64,000 bases of DNA, taken from Flavobacteriales bacterium (GTDB taxonomy: Bacteria; Bacteroidota; Bacteroidia; Flavobacteriales_F; PHOS-HE28). Location of the stretch: the NCBI GenBank assembly GCA_023957375.1, contig JAMLHB010000002.1, positions 124,812-188,811 of the forward strand, in the 5' to 3' direction. The notes under the pieces were generated by a model that was given only the letters and a program-made list of their open reading frames with translations, did no database searches and was not told the origin of the DNA. Numbering within the stretch: the first letter of the stretch is position 1; the number at the start of each line of letters is the position of its first letter. Both the position numbers and the translations under genes were made by a program. Below, one piece after another: positions 17,248-26,451 of this stretch.

Positions 17248-17416
17248 GGCTGCGACACCCTCCGGGGTCGGCGCGCACACGGGCCTGTTCGTCTATAAGC
17301 TTTGACCCCTCCGGGGTCAGGCCCCTTTGTTGACGCTGGGTTCTTGACCCCGGAGGGGTCGCAGCTTGTAGCATTTGCCCACCACATGGTATTCGACCCC
17401 GGAGGGTGTCGCAGCT
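17248..17416. repeat. Cluster of four REP palindromes (GACCCC-N-GGGGTC family) in inverted arrangement
   Basis: cgacaccctccggggtcg, tgacccctccggggtca, tgaccccggaggggtcg, cgaccccggagggtgtcg; same family as the REPs flanking the HUH transposase at 45.2 kb. Confidence 0.8.
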
Positions 17417-17601
17417 GGTGTTCCTGACACGGGGAGCTTCGTTGCACGCCCCATCCATTTCCATACAGGGCAGGGCGTTCCGACCTATGCCGATGCTTAT
17501 CCCGGACACCACTGATTATGGAATGAAGCAAAGGGGGTCGTGCCGCCCATTTTTGACCATCAACAAGATCCTGACTTACTTGTGGTCCGCTCAAACCCGG
17601 A

Positions 17602-20600
17602 ATGGACCCGCTCGCCGAGACGCTCTTCCTCGACATCGAAACGAACGGCGACCGCCTGCTCGATATCGGTGCGTTGCTGGGTGCGGGCGAGCTGCACGAC
17701 CGTGCATTGAACAAGCTCACCCCGCTGATCGCACGGGCCAATTATGTCTGCGGGCACAACATCGTGGCGCACGATGCACCCTTTCTCGCAAAAAAGGCGG
17801 GCACCACCCTCTTCGAAGGCAAGTCCTTGGTGGACACCTTGTACTGGTCCGCGCTGCTCTTCCCGGAGAAGCCCTACCACCATCTGGTGAAGGGGTACAA
17901 GCTGCACGACGAGGATGCACCGAACGATCCCTTGAGCGATGCCCGGCTGTGCAAACGGTTGTTGCAGGAGCTGATCGGTGCGTTCCATGCGCTGGATGCC
18001 CCCTTGCGGTCGATCTACCATGGGCTGCTGCACCGCCGGCCCGGATACGGCGGCTTCTTCGCACTGGCCGGTGGGCAGTACACCGCTGCCGGTGACCTTG
18101 CCGCGGTCATCCATGCATACTTCGGCGACCGCATTTGCCGTTCGGCAGACCTGTCGCACCTGATCACCGGGCGGCCGGTGGAACTGGCGCATGCGCTAGC
18201 CCTGGTCTCCACGAGCGCTGCCTCGATCCTGCCGGCCTGGGTGGTGAAACAACTGCCATGGACCGATGAAGTGCTGCGGCTGCTCCGCTTCGCAACCTGC
18301 AAGGATCCCGGTTGCGGATATTGCTCCAACCGCCTGGACCCGAAACGTGCGTTGCGGGAGATCTTCGGCTACGGGGACTTCCGGCGCTTCGATGGCGAGG
18401 ACGGCATGGGCGTGCAGGAACAGGCCGTAAGGCATGCGCTCGGCGGTGATTCCCTGCTCACCGTATTTCCCACGGGTGGCGGCAAGTCGCTCACCTTCCA
18501 ATTGCCCGCGCTGATGGAAGGCGAACTCACGCGCGGCCTCACCGTGGTGATCTCCCCGCTCGTTTCCCTGATGAAGGACCAGGTGGAAGTGCTGGAGGAC
18601 CGCTTCCACAACGTGCAGGCCGCGCACCTCAGCGGGCTGCTTTCCCCATTGGAACGCAAGCAGGTACTGGACCAGGTGGAACAAGGCGGGGTACATCTGC
18701 TCTACGTGGCGCCGGAGACCTTGCGCTCCCCCACCCTCGCGCGGTTGTTGCGCACGCGGCAGATCGCCCGCTTCGTGATCGATGAGGCCCACTGCTTCTC
18801 CGCCTGGGGCCAGGACTTCCGCGTGGACTACCTCTACATCGCGCCCTTCATCAAGCAGTTGATGGAGGATAAAGGGCTTGCCCACAGCATTCCCGTGTCC
18901 TGCTTCACCGCCACGGCCAAGCCCCAAGTGATCGCCGACATCACGGCCTACTTCAAGGATCACCTCGGTATCGGGCTGAAGCCGTTCATCAGCAACTCAC
19001 GCCGCGAAAACCTCGAATATGAGGTGATCACCCTTCCGGACACGGATGCCGAAACCCGCAAACGCGCGCTGCTACGGCTGGTCCACGAATGCGAAAAACC
19101 CGCGATCGTATATGCCTCGCGCACCAAGCGCGTGGAAGAACTGGCGGGCATCATCAAGGCTTCCGGCATCAACGTGCTAGCCTATCACGGAAAGATGAAG
19201 CGCGAGGTGAAGCAGGCCAACCAGAAAGCCTTCATGGCGAAAGGCTCCGCCGTGGACGTGATGGTGGCCACTTCCGCCTTCGGCATGGGCGTGGACAAGG
19301 AGGACGTGCGCACCGTGATCCACTACAACATCTCCGCTTCGCTGGAAGCCTACGTGCAGGAGGCCGGGCGCGCGGGCCGCAAGAAGGACATCCGCGCCAA
19401 GTGCTGGATCCTGTACCACCCGAACGACCTCTCCGGGCATTTCCAACTGCTGCAGCGCAGCATGCTCAACCAACGCGAGATCGACCGGATCTGGTCGACG
19501 ATCAAGAAGATGACGCGCACCCGCGACAAGGTGAGCCGATCGGCCCGGGAGCTGGCCAAGGCCGCCGGCTGGGACGACGAGATGATCGACGTGCAGAACC
19601 GCGTCACCGCCTCGCTCGCTGCACTGGAGCAAAGCGGCTACGTGAAACGCACGCTCAACTCCCCGCAGGTCTTCGCCACCAGCTTGCTCACCAAGGACCT
19701 CGACGAGGCGTTGCGGATCATCCGTGCGGACCAGGGCATCACCGACAAGCAGAAGGAAGACCTCGCGCGCGTGATGCAGCGGATCATCAAGGAAGATGAA
19801 ACGCGCGTCGATCAGTTGGCCGATCACCTAGGCATGTCCATGCGGCAGGCCATCGATGCGGTGCAACTGCTGCGGTCCATCAAGGTGCTCGACGACGCCG
19901 AGGACCTCAGCGCCTTCGTGGACATGCGGCCGCGCGCGGGCTCGCGCAGCAGGCTGGAACGCATCACGGCCATGGAACGCGCGCTCATCGACCTGCTGGA
20001 CGAGGGCACCACCGAGATCAGCCTGCGCGCCTTGAACCAGGGCGTGATCGACAACGGCGTGGACGGGCGCACGGACGACATACACCTGCTGCTGAACCAT
20101 TGGAAGCGCCGGGGCTACATCCGCTCGCGGCGCGTGGACCGGCAGGACGACCGCTACCGGATCGAACTGCGCACCACCAAGGACGACCTCAAGCAGGGCA
20201 TGCAGCACCGGCATGAACTGGCTGCCGCTTGCCTGGAGCACTTAATGCAACGGGCCGCGGAAGCCGACCAAACCAGCAGCAAGGAAGACGTGCTCGCGCG
20301 CTTCTCCATGCTTGGCCTGCGCGACGCCTTGAACACCGGCATGTTCGGCGCCGACCACGACCTGAAGGCCATTGAACGCGCGCTGCTGTACCTGCACGAG
20401 ACCAAGGTGCTCTCCCTGGAAGACGGCTTCATGGTGATCTACCAGCGCCTGAACATCGAACGGACCCAGCGCGACAACCGCAAGCAGTACACGCAGGAGG
20501 ACCACGGCCACCTGAGCCACCACTACCGGCAGCGGATGGAGCAGATCCACATGGTGGGCGAATACGCGAGCAAGCGCAGCGAAAGCATCCAAGCCGCGCT

Positions 20601-22416
20601 GTCCTACGTGGACGACTACTTCAAACTGGAGCACGAGGCCTTCATCCGCAAATACTTCCCCAAGCGCCGCACGGAGATCACGCGGCCCATCACCGCCGAG
20701 CGCTTTGCCAAGCTGGTAGGCGACCTGGACACCGAACAGACCGCCATCGTAAGCGACACCGCGCGCCACATCCTCGTGGCGGCGGGCCCTGGGAGCGGTA
20801 AAACCCGCGTACTGGTGCACAAGGCGGCGAACCTCCTGCTGCTGGAGGACGTGAAGCCCGAGCAATTCCTGCTGCTCACCTTCTCCAAGGGTGCGGCCTT
20901 GGAACTGCGCCAGCGCATCCACGCCATCGTGCCGGAATACCGCGGCCTCATCAAGGTCACCACCTTCCACGGGCTCTGCTTCGAGCTCATGGGCCAGCTG
21001 GGCGACCTGGACAAGTCGGAAACGGTGATCAGCCGCACCATCGCCGCCATCGGCGACAACACCGTGGACATCAGCGGGCTGGTGAACAAGAGCGTGATCC
21101 TGTTGGACGAGTTCCAGGACGTGGACACCGAGCAATGGCAACTGATCCAGCTCATCGCCGAAAAAGTGGAAGGCCCGCGCATCATCGCCGTGGGCGACGA
21201 CGACCAGAACATCTACGCGTGGCGCGGCGCCTCACCGGAGTTTATGGCCGCCTTCCGCGAGCACTTCCGGGCCCGCACCCACGGCCTGCTGACCAACTAC
21301 CGCAGCACGCCCGCCATCGTCGACCTTGCCGCACACATCGCGGATGGCATCGGCAACCGCATCAAGGCCGGGCAAAAGCTCACGGCCAAAAGCACGGCGG
21401 CGGGCGTGCTGCGCGCCGTGGAATACGCGGGCGGCCATCCCTTGCAGGGCTTGGCGGAAGACCTGGTCACCTCGGCCTATCCCGGCGCCACCGCCGTGCT
21501 CACACGCACCAACGATGAAGCCCTGTGGGCCGCCTCGGCGCTGCAGCGCATGGGCGTGCGCGCGCGCTTGGTGGGCGGTTCCGATGACTTCAAGGTGGCC
21601 CACCTGCGCGAGGTGCGCCGGTTCGGTGAGCTACTGGGAGAGGTACACAAAGGGCCGGGGCTGGTTCCCCGCCAGGCATGGGCCCAGGCCCGCAAGGCAT
21701 GGCTGGAACAACTGGCAACCAACCCGCACCATCGGGACCTGGAAGACCTCCTCGCCCTCTTCGAGCGCACGGCCCCGCAGCCCTATGATGCCGCGGAATG
21801 GGCCGCCTTCACCCGCGAGATCCGCATCACCGATGCCGTGCGCCCCGAGGCCGGCACCGTGCTGGTCTCCACCATGCACAAGAGCAAGGGCAAGGAATTC
21901 GACAACGTGTTCCTGCTGCTGCACCAGGCCGAACTACGCACCGATGCCGACCGGCGCCTGCTCTACGTAGCCTGCACGCGCGCCCGGGAGCGGTTGGTCA
22001 TACACACCAACACCCCTTTCCTACCGGGCTACACTTCACCGGCATTCGAGCTGGTGCGGAGCACGGCGCAACATCCGCTGCCCCATGAGCTGCACTGCAC
22101 GCTGGGCATGCGCGATGTGTACCTGGGTGCCAACAGGTTCAACCAGGCGCGGATCGGTGCCCTGCACACCGGTGATGCGCTGCAGCCCGATACGACCAGC
22201 TTCCCGGGCAACGAAGCGCCCGGCCTCGGCACGCCGCAAGGCAACATCGTGATCTTCTCAAAGCATTTCGTCACGGACAAACTGCGGCGTTTCCATGATC
22301 AGGGGTATCAGCTCACCGGCGGAAGCACGGAATACATCGTGGCCTGGTACGATGCAAAGAACGACCGGACTTTGGAGGTGGTGCTGCCGAGGTTGCGCTT
22401 CGCGAAGTCGGGGTGA
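17602..22416 (+). CDS. DEDD exonuclease-like + RecQ helicase + UvrD helicase fusion (1604 aa)
   Basis: N-terminal LDIET/GHNIVAHD/DTL/DPLSD. RecQ motifs PTGGGKS, IDEAHC, WGQDFR, FGMGVDK, QEAGRAGR. UvrD motifs AGPGSGKT, LDEFQD, VGDDDQNIY, NYRS, TMHKSKGKEF, YVACTRAR. Confidence 0.93.
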   Translation: MDPLAETLFLDIETNGDRLLDIGALLGAGELHDRALNKLTPLIARANYVCGHNIVAHDAPFLAKKAGTTLFEGKSLVDTLYWSALLFPEKPYHHLVKGYKLHDEDAPNDPLSDARLCKRLLQELIGAFHALDAPLRSIYHGLLHRRPGYGGFFALAGGQYTAAGDLAAVIHAYFGDRICRSADLSHLITGRPVELAHALALVSTSAASILPAWVVKQLPWTDEVLRLLRFATCKDPGCGYCSNRLDPKRALREIFGYGDFRRFDGEDGMGVQEQAVRHALGGDSLLTVFPTGGGKSLTFQLPALMEGELTRGLTVVISPLVSLMKDQVEVLEDRFHNVQAAHLSGLLSPLERKQVLDQVEQGGVHLLYVAPETLRSPTLARLLRTRQIARFVIDEAHCFSAWGQDFRVDYLYIAPFIKQLMEDKGLAHSIPVSCFTATAKPQVIADITAYFKDHLGIGLKPFISNSRRENLEYEVITLPDTDAETRKRALLRLVHECEKPAIVYASRTKRVEELAGIIKASGINVLAYHGKMKREVKQANQKAFMAKGSAVDVMVATSAFGMGVDKEDVRTVIHYNISASLEAYVQEAGRAGRKKDIRAKCWILYHPNDLSGHFQLLQRSMLNQREIDRIWSTIKKMTRTRDKVSRSARELAKAAGWDDEMIDVQNRVTASLAALEQSGYVKRTLNSPQVFATSLLTKDLDEALRIIRADQGITDKQKEDLARVMQRIIKEDETRVDQLADHLGMSMRQAIDAVQLLRSIKVLDDAEDLSAFVDMRPRAGSRSRLERITAMERALIDLLDEGTTEISLRALNQGVIDNGVDGRTDDIHLLLNHWKRRGYIRSRRVDRQDDRYRIELRTTKDDLKQGMQHRHELAAACLEHLMQRAAEADQTSSKEDVLARFSMLGLRDALNTGMFGADHDLKAIERALLYLHETKVLSLEDGFMVIYQRLNIERTQRDNRKQYTQEDHGHLSHHYRQRMEQIHMVGEYASKRSESIQAALSYVDDYFKLEHEAFIRKYFPKRRTEITRPITAERFAKLVGDLDTEQTAIVSDTARHILVAAGPGSGKTRVLVHKAANLLLLEDVKPEQFLLLTFSKGAALELRQRIHAIVPEYRGLIKVTTFHGLCFELMGQLGDLDKSETVISRTIAAIGDNTVDISGLVNKSVILLDEFQDVDTEQWQLIQLIAEKVEGPRIIAVGDDDQNIYAWRGASPEFMAAFREHFRARTHGLLTNYRSTPAIVDLAAHIADGIGNRIKAGQKLTAKSTAAGVLRAVEYAGGHPLQGLAEDLVTSAYPGATAVLTRTNDEALWAASALQRMGVRARLVGGSDDFKVAHLREVRRFGELLGEVHKGPGLVPRQAWAQARKAWLEQLATNPHHRDLEDLLALFERTAPQPYDAAEWAAFTREIRITDAVRPEAGTVLVSTMHKSKGKEFDNVFLLLHQAELRTDADRRLLYVACTRARERLVIHTNTPFLPGYTSPAFELVRSTAQHPLPHELHCTLGMRDVYLGANRFNQARIGALHTGDALQPDTTSFPGNEAPGLGTPQGNIVIFSKHFVTDKLRRFHDQGYQLTGGSTEYIVAWYDAKNDRTLEVVLPRLRFAKSG

Positions 22417-22459
22417 ACGCCCGCATCCTGAAAAGCAGTGGAAGGGTGGGCGTGCCCCC

Positions 22460-23050
22460 GCCTTTCCTGCGCAACCCGATCCACGCAAGGCCTGGCACAC
22501 CTTCCTGAAGGACGACAAGCACTGGCACTTCACCGCCACCAACGACTTCGCCACCAACGGGCTCGATGGCGAGGCCATGCTGATGAACAAACGCTGGGCC
22601 CTGCAGACCGAATGGCGCTTAGGCTACACCGAGGAGCACGGCCAGGAGGTGGAAGCCCGCTTCGGCCGCTACGTGGGCCGCATGCAATGGCTCTTCCCCT
22701 ACATCGGCGCGGAATGGCGCTCGTACCCCATGGACATGGACATCCACGAGGACAACCTCTTCGGCGAGCCCAACACTTGGGACGACCGCCGCACGCTCAA
22801 CATCGGCCTGCGCTACACCATGCCCTTCCTGCTGGTGCTCGATGCGCACCTCGACACCGAGGGCGAGCTGCGCGCCGAGCTAATGCGTGAGGACATCGCC
22901 CTCACCCCGCGCCTGCGCATGGACCTCATGGGCAACACCGACCTGGAGTACATGGCCGGCCTGCGCTACGTGCTGAACAAGACCTTCTCCCTACGCACCC
23001 ACTACGACAGCGACATGGGCTTCGGGGTGGGGCTGACGTTGACGTATTGA
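22460..23050 (+). pseudogene. C-terminal remnant of a Bacteroidota multicopper oxidase (CopA/CopB-like) gene
   Basis: NDFATNG, EWRLGY, GRYVGRMQWL, LMREDI, EYMAGLRY, HYDSDMGFGVGLTLTY match the C-terminus of Bacteroidota multicopper oxidases. No cupredoxin domains and no proper start. Confidence 0.7.
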
Positions 23051-23093
23051 ATGCGGTGGGCACAGGTGCGGTAGTGGATCATGGCGATCAGTT

Positions 23094-23298
23094 GGGCGTG
23101 CCCCCGGCTGTCATGCTGGGCAAAGCCAAAGCAGGCAGCCGGGGTCGGGTGCTCCGCTATAGCCGGTTTTGTCGCGGCCAGCGGTCGCGGCACTGCGGGG
23201 TCTGCTCCCCCGGATGAACTCCGGGGCTCGCAGCCTCCTCGTTGCACGGGCCCGCAAGGCCGCGCCTGCACCGGGCTGCCGCTGCGCCCCCTCACGCA
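23094..23298 (+). ncRNA. Flavo-1-like structured element, copy B
   Basis: GGGCGTGCCCCC...GGGGTCGGGTGCTCCGCTATA...CCTCCTCG...GGGCTGCCGCTGCGCCCCCTCACGC. Confidence 0.6.
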
Positions 23299-23387
23299 GG
23301 CCACGCCAACCTCAGCGCCGCATTCAAATCCGCTCGCAACAACCCGGCTTTACCTTGATTATCTTTGGACAACTCCTGTCCAACCCC

Positions 23388-23984
23388 ATGAACGCCCCTG
23401 CACCCTTTTCCCAAATGCTCCGCACCCAACGCGAAGCCGCAGGCCTCACCCTGCAAGCAGTGGCCGCCAAGCTGAAGGTGGACCTCAGCTTAGTGAGCAA
23501 GTGGGAGCGCGGTGTCCGCAAGCCGTCCCGCGCACAGGTCAGCGCACTGGCCCGCGTCCTGAAAGCCGATGCCAACGTGTTCCTCATGGCATGGCTCCGT
23601 GATGCGGCCGTATATGCCGTGGGCGATGATGAGCTGGCCCTGGAAGCCTTGAAGGCCGCCGAGGCGCAGGTGGCTTACAAGCTGTTCCAGCAGCAGGACC
23701 GCAAGGCCATCGTCCGCAAGCTGAGATCCGGCCTGGCCCGTTTTCCCAAGGTGCGTAAAGCGTGGCTCTTCGGCTCCTTCGCCCGAAAGGACGACAAACC
23801 CGGCAGTGACATCGACCTGGCCATCGAGGTGCAGGATCCCTTCAGCTATTTCGACTTGGCCGATGTGCAGTACCAATTGGAGCAGCTCACGGGCCGCAAG
23901 GTGGACGTGGGCTTCATGGATGCCTTCCGGCCCAATGTGCGTGCGCGCATCCAACCCGATCTACAGCTGATCCATGGAGCATAA
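23388..23984 (+). CDS. XRE-HTH fused minimal nucleotidyltransferase (MntA-type antitoxin)
   Basis: LTLQAVAAKLKVDLSLVSKWERG (HTH) and FGSFARKDDKPGSDIDL (GSx10DxD). TATCTTTG box at 23360-23367. Confidence 0.88.
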   Translation: MNAPAPFSQMLRTQREAAGLTLQAVAAKLKVDLSLVSKWERGVRKPSRAQVSALARVLKADANVFLMAWLRDAAVYAVGDDELALEALKAAEAQVAYKLFQQQDRKAIVRKLRSGLARFPKVRKAWLFGSFARKDDKPGSDIDLAIEVQDPFSYFDLADVQYQLEQLTGRKVDVGFMDAFRPNVRARIQPDLQLIHGA

Positions 23985-24324
23985 CCGCGCTGATAGCCTG
24001 CCCGCATTGCAGCGCATGCGCATCGCGATCGCACGGATAAAGGTCCACATACAGGGACGCTCGATGGAGCAATTCCTGGCGGACAAGGTCCTGTGCGATG
24101 CCGTGCTGATGCAACTGAGCGTCCTCGGCGAGGAAGTGCGCCGCGTGGATCCGGACCTGCTCAACAAGTACGATTACCCGTGGCACAAAGTGCGCGCGCA
24201 GCGCAACGTCATCGTGCATGACTACTTCGGCATCCGCCTGCCATCCATCTGGGCCAATGTGCAGCAAGACCTCGGCCCTTTGGATGAACTGCTGGAACGC
24301 ATCATCCAAAATGAATTCCCCTGA
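23974..24324 (+). CDS. HEPN (DUF86/HepT) toxin
   Basis: PWHKVRAQRNVIVHDYFG (Rx4H); overlaps the MNT gene. Confidence 0.9.
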   Translation: MEHNRADSLPALQRMRIAIARIKVHIQGRSMEQFLADKVLCDAVLMQLSVLGEEVRRVDPDLLNKYDYPWHKVRAQRNVIVHDYFGIRLPSIWANVQQDLGPLDELLERIIQNEFP

Positions 24325-24354
24325 TCTGCTGCACGGCCCCCCGTGGCAATAACA

Positions 24355-24392
24355 ACATGGGCTTCGGCGTGGGCGTGGCGGTGACGTATTGA
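24355..24392 (+). repeat. Diverged duplicate of the last 38 nt of the multicopper-oxidase remnant (23013-23050)
   Basis: 33/38 identical; MGFGVGVAVTY* versus MGFGVGLTLTY*. Confidence 0.8.
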
Positions 24393-24413
24393 GACCACCC
24401 TGCGCCGCCACCG

Positions 24414-25064
24414 TTAGGACAGCGCGCCGAAGAAGGACTCGAGCTTTCGTTCGTCCAACCGCCCATTGGTCCGCACGCTGCTGCAAAGGTCCACGCCAAA
24501 GGGCTGCACGGTGTCCACGGCGCGCTGCACATTGCCCGCGTTCAATCCGCCGGCCAGGAAGAGCGGAACGTTGATGGCTTCGCGGATGGCTTTGCTCAGC
24601 TGCCAGTTGTGCGCGCGGCCCGTGCCGCCGAGTTCCTTCACCGCCAGGTTCGGGTTGCCGCTGTCCAACAGGACCGCATCCACATGTTGGGAAACTTCCA
24701 CCGCTTCGCGCACGGAGGCCTCGTCCAGCACGTGGATCACCTGCACCAGTTCCACCCCCGGCAGTTCGCGGCGCAGGAGGTCGTATTGCCGTTCTTCCAA
24801 CGTATCCACGATCTGCACGGTGGTGGTTCGCACTCGCCGTTGATGCGCGATGACGGCTTCCGCGCTGGTCTCGCTGGTGAGCAGAAAGGTGCGGGTGGGC
24901 GGTACCACGGTACTTGCGATGTCGGCGATCAAGGCATCGTCGATCACCCCAGGCCCGCTCGGCATGTGGCCAACAAGCCCAAGCGCGTATGCACCGTGCG
25001 CGGTCGCCAGTTGCGCCTCCTCCAAGCTGCTGATGCAGCAGATCTTCACCTTCACAGCGGTCAT
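24414..25064 (-). CDS. trpF: Phosphoribosylanthranilate isomerase
   Basis: KVKICC, LLDSG, LGGTGRAHNW, FLAGGL, PFGVDLCSSV. Confidence 0.9.
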   Translation of the reverse strand: MTAVKVKICCISSLEEAQLATAHGAYALGLVGHMPSGPGVIDDALIADIASTVVPPTRTFLLTSETSAEAVIAHQRRVRTTTVQIVDTLEERQYDLLRRELPGVELVQVIHVLDEASVREAVEVSQHVDAVLLDSGNPNLAVKELGGTGRAHNWQLSKAIREAINVPLFLAGGLNAGNVQRAVDTVQPFGVDLCSSVRTNGRLDERKLESFFGALS

Positions 25065-25185
25065 CCTTTCGTGTTTCAATCGGCTATCGTTCGCGAAAGA
25101 TAGCCCCAGTCCATGCCCTACGGCCTAAGCCGCTGGGCCATCGGGCCTAACGCGCCCTGCGGGCGCGTCTTCCAATAGAATTCAA

Positions 25186-25280
25186 AACCACGGATGGACG
25201 CAGATGAACACGGATCACTGACCCACCTACCATGCACAACAACCTTCCCTATCTGTGTTCATCCGTGTCGATCCGTGGTT
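25186..25280. repeat. Inverted-repeat element (aaccacggat...atccgtggtt)
   Basis: Arms ccacggatggacgcagatgaacacggat and atctgtgttcatccgtgtcgatccgtgg. Confidence 0.75.
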
Positions 25281-25419
25281 CAAAAACAGTGTGTTAATGC
25301 GCCGCCAGGCGCATGGATAAGACCCGATAGCCCTGCCTTAGCCGGGGCAACCATCACAATTGGTGCAACGGAGGTCCCGACTTCGGTTCAGTATGCGAGC
25401 TTTGGCCTTCTCCTCCATC

Positions 25420-26394
25420 ATGGAACTAAAGCAAATTGAACATCCCGAAGCCCTCACTATCCTCGGCGAATCCATTGCGCTGGGTGCCAGCCGCCGCATG
25501 GACCTCGGCATCGCCAACCTCTTTACCGACACGCCGGTGGAGGTGCCGATCATCGTGGAGCGTGCGGCAACACCCGGTCCCACCGTGCTGATCACCGCCG
25601 GCATCCACGGCGACGAGGTGAACGGCATGGAGGTGGTGCGCCAGATCATCTCCCACAAGGTGAACCGGCCTGCGCGCGGCACCATCATCTGCATCCCGGT
25701 GGTCAACGTGTTCGGCTTCATCGGCAAATCGCGCTACCTGCCCGATGGGCGCGACCTGAACCGGGCATTCCCCGGAAGCAAAAGAGGCTCCCTCGCCAGC
25801 CGTACGGCCTTCCGCTTCACCAGCGAAGTGTTGCCCGTGGCTGACCTCTGCATGGACTTCCACACCGGCGGCGGCGACCGCTTCAACGCGGCACAGGTGC
25901 GCATATCGCCAGGCGATGCCGCACTGAAGGAACTCGCCGACATCTTCCAGGCGCCGTTCACCCTGTACGAGCCGATCATCGAGGGCTCCTACCGTGAAAC
26001 AGCGGGTAAGCGGGGCATTCCGCTGCTGCTGAACGAGAGTGGCATGACGCTGAACTTGGACAAGGAGATGGCGCGTGAAGCCGTACACGGCGCCATCCGC
26101 GTACTGCACCACCTCGGCATGTTGTCGCCCACAATCCCTGTTCCCACACCGCAGCACCCCAACGTGCTGATCCATGACACCAAGTGGGTGCGCGCGGACC
26201 GCTCGGGCTTTCTGCACGTGAAGGTGGCCATGCACCAGTACGTAGAGGCGGGCGAGGTGCTTTGCACCATCTCGGATCCCTACGGCACCATGAGTGCGCC
26301 GGTGCTGGCGCCCAAGGCGGGCCACGTCATCAACATCAGCCGCGCGCCAATGGTGTACGAAGGCGACGCGATCTTCAACCTTGGGCTGGCCTGA
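25420..26394 (+). CDS. Succinylglutamate desuccinylase/aspartoacylase family (M14) protein
   Basis: GIHGDE, DLNRAFPG, DFHTG, C-terminal biotinyl-like domain. Confidence 0.9.
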   Translation: MELKQIEHPEALTILGESIALGASRRMDLGIANLFTDTPVEVPIIVERAATPGPTVLITAGIHGDEVNGMEVVRQIISHKVNRPARGTIICIPVVNVFGFIGKSRYLPDGRDLNRAFPGSKRGSLASRTAFRFTSEVLPVADLCMDFHTGGGDRFNAAQVRISPGDAALKELADIFQAPFTLYEPIIEGSYRETAGKRGIPLLLNESGMTLNLDKEMAREAVHGAIRVLHHLGMLSPTIPVPTPQHPNVLIHDTKWVRADRSGFLHVKVAMHQYVEAGEVLCTISDPYGTMSAPVLAPKAGHVINISRAPMVYEGDAIFNLGLA

Positions 26395-26451
26395 CCCTGC
26401 TCCTCAGGATCCGGGGTTCCGGTGGCTTGGGCTCTCGAAGCCACCGTTCCT

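Noticed and set aside
22295-23050. Intact 251-aa protein as listed in the ORF track
   Set aside because: The N-terminal part overlaps the helicase gene and is not homologous; only the oxidase C-terminus is real.
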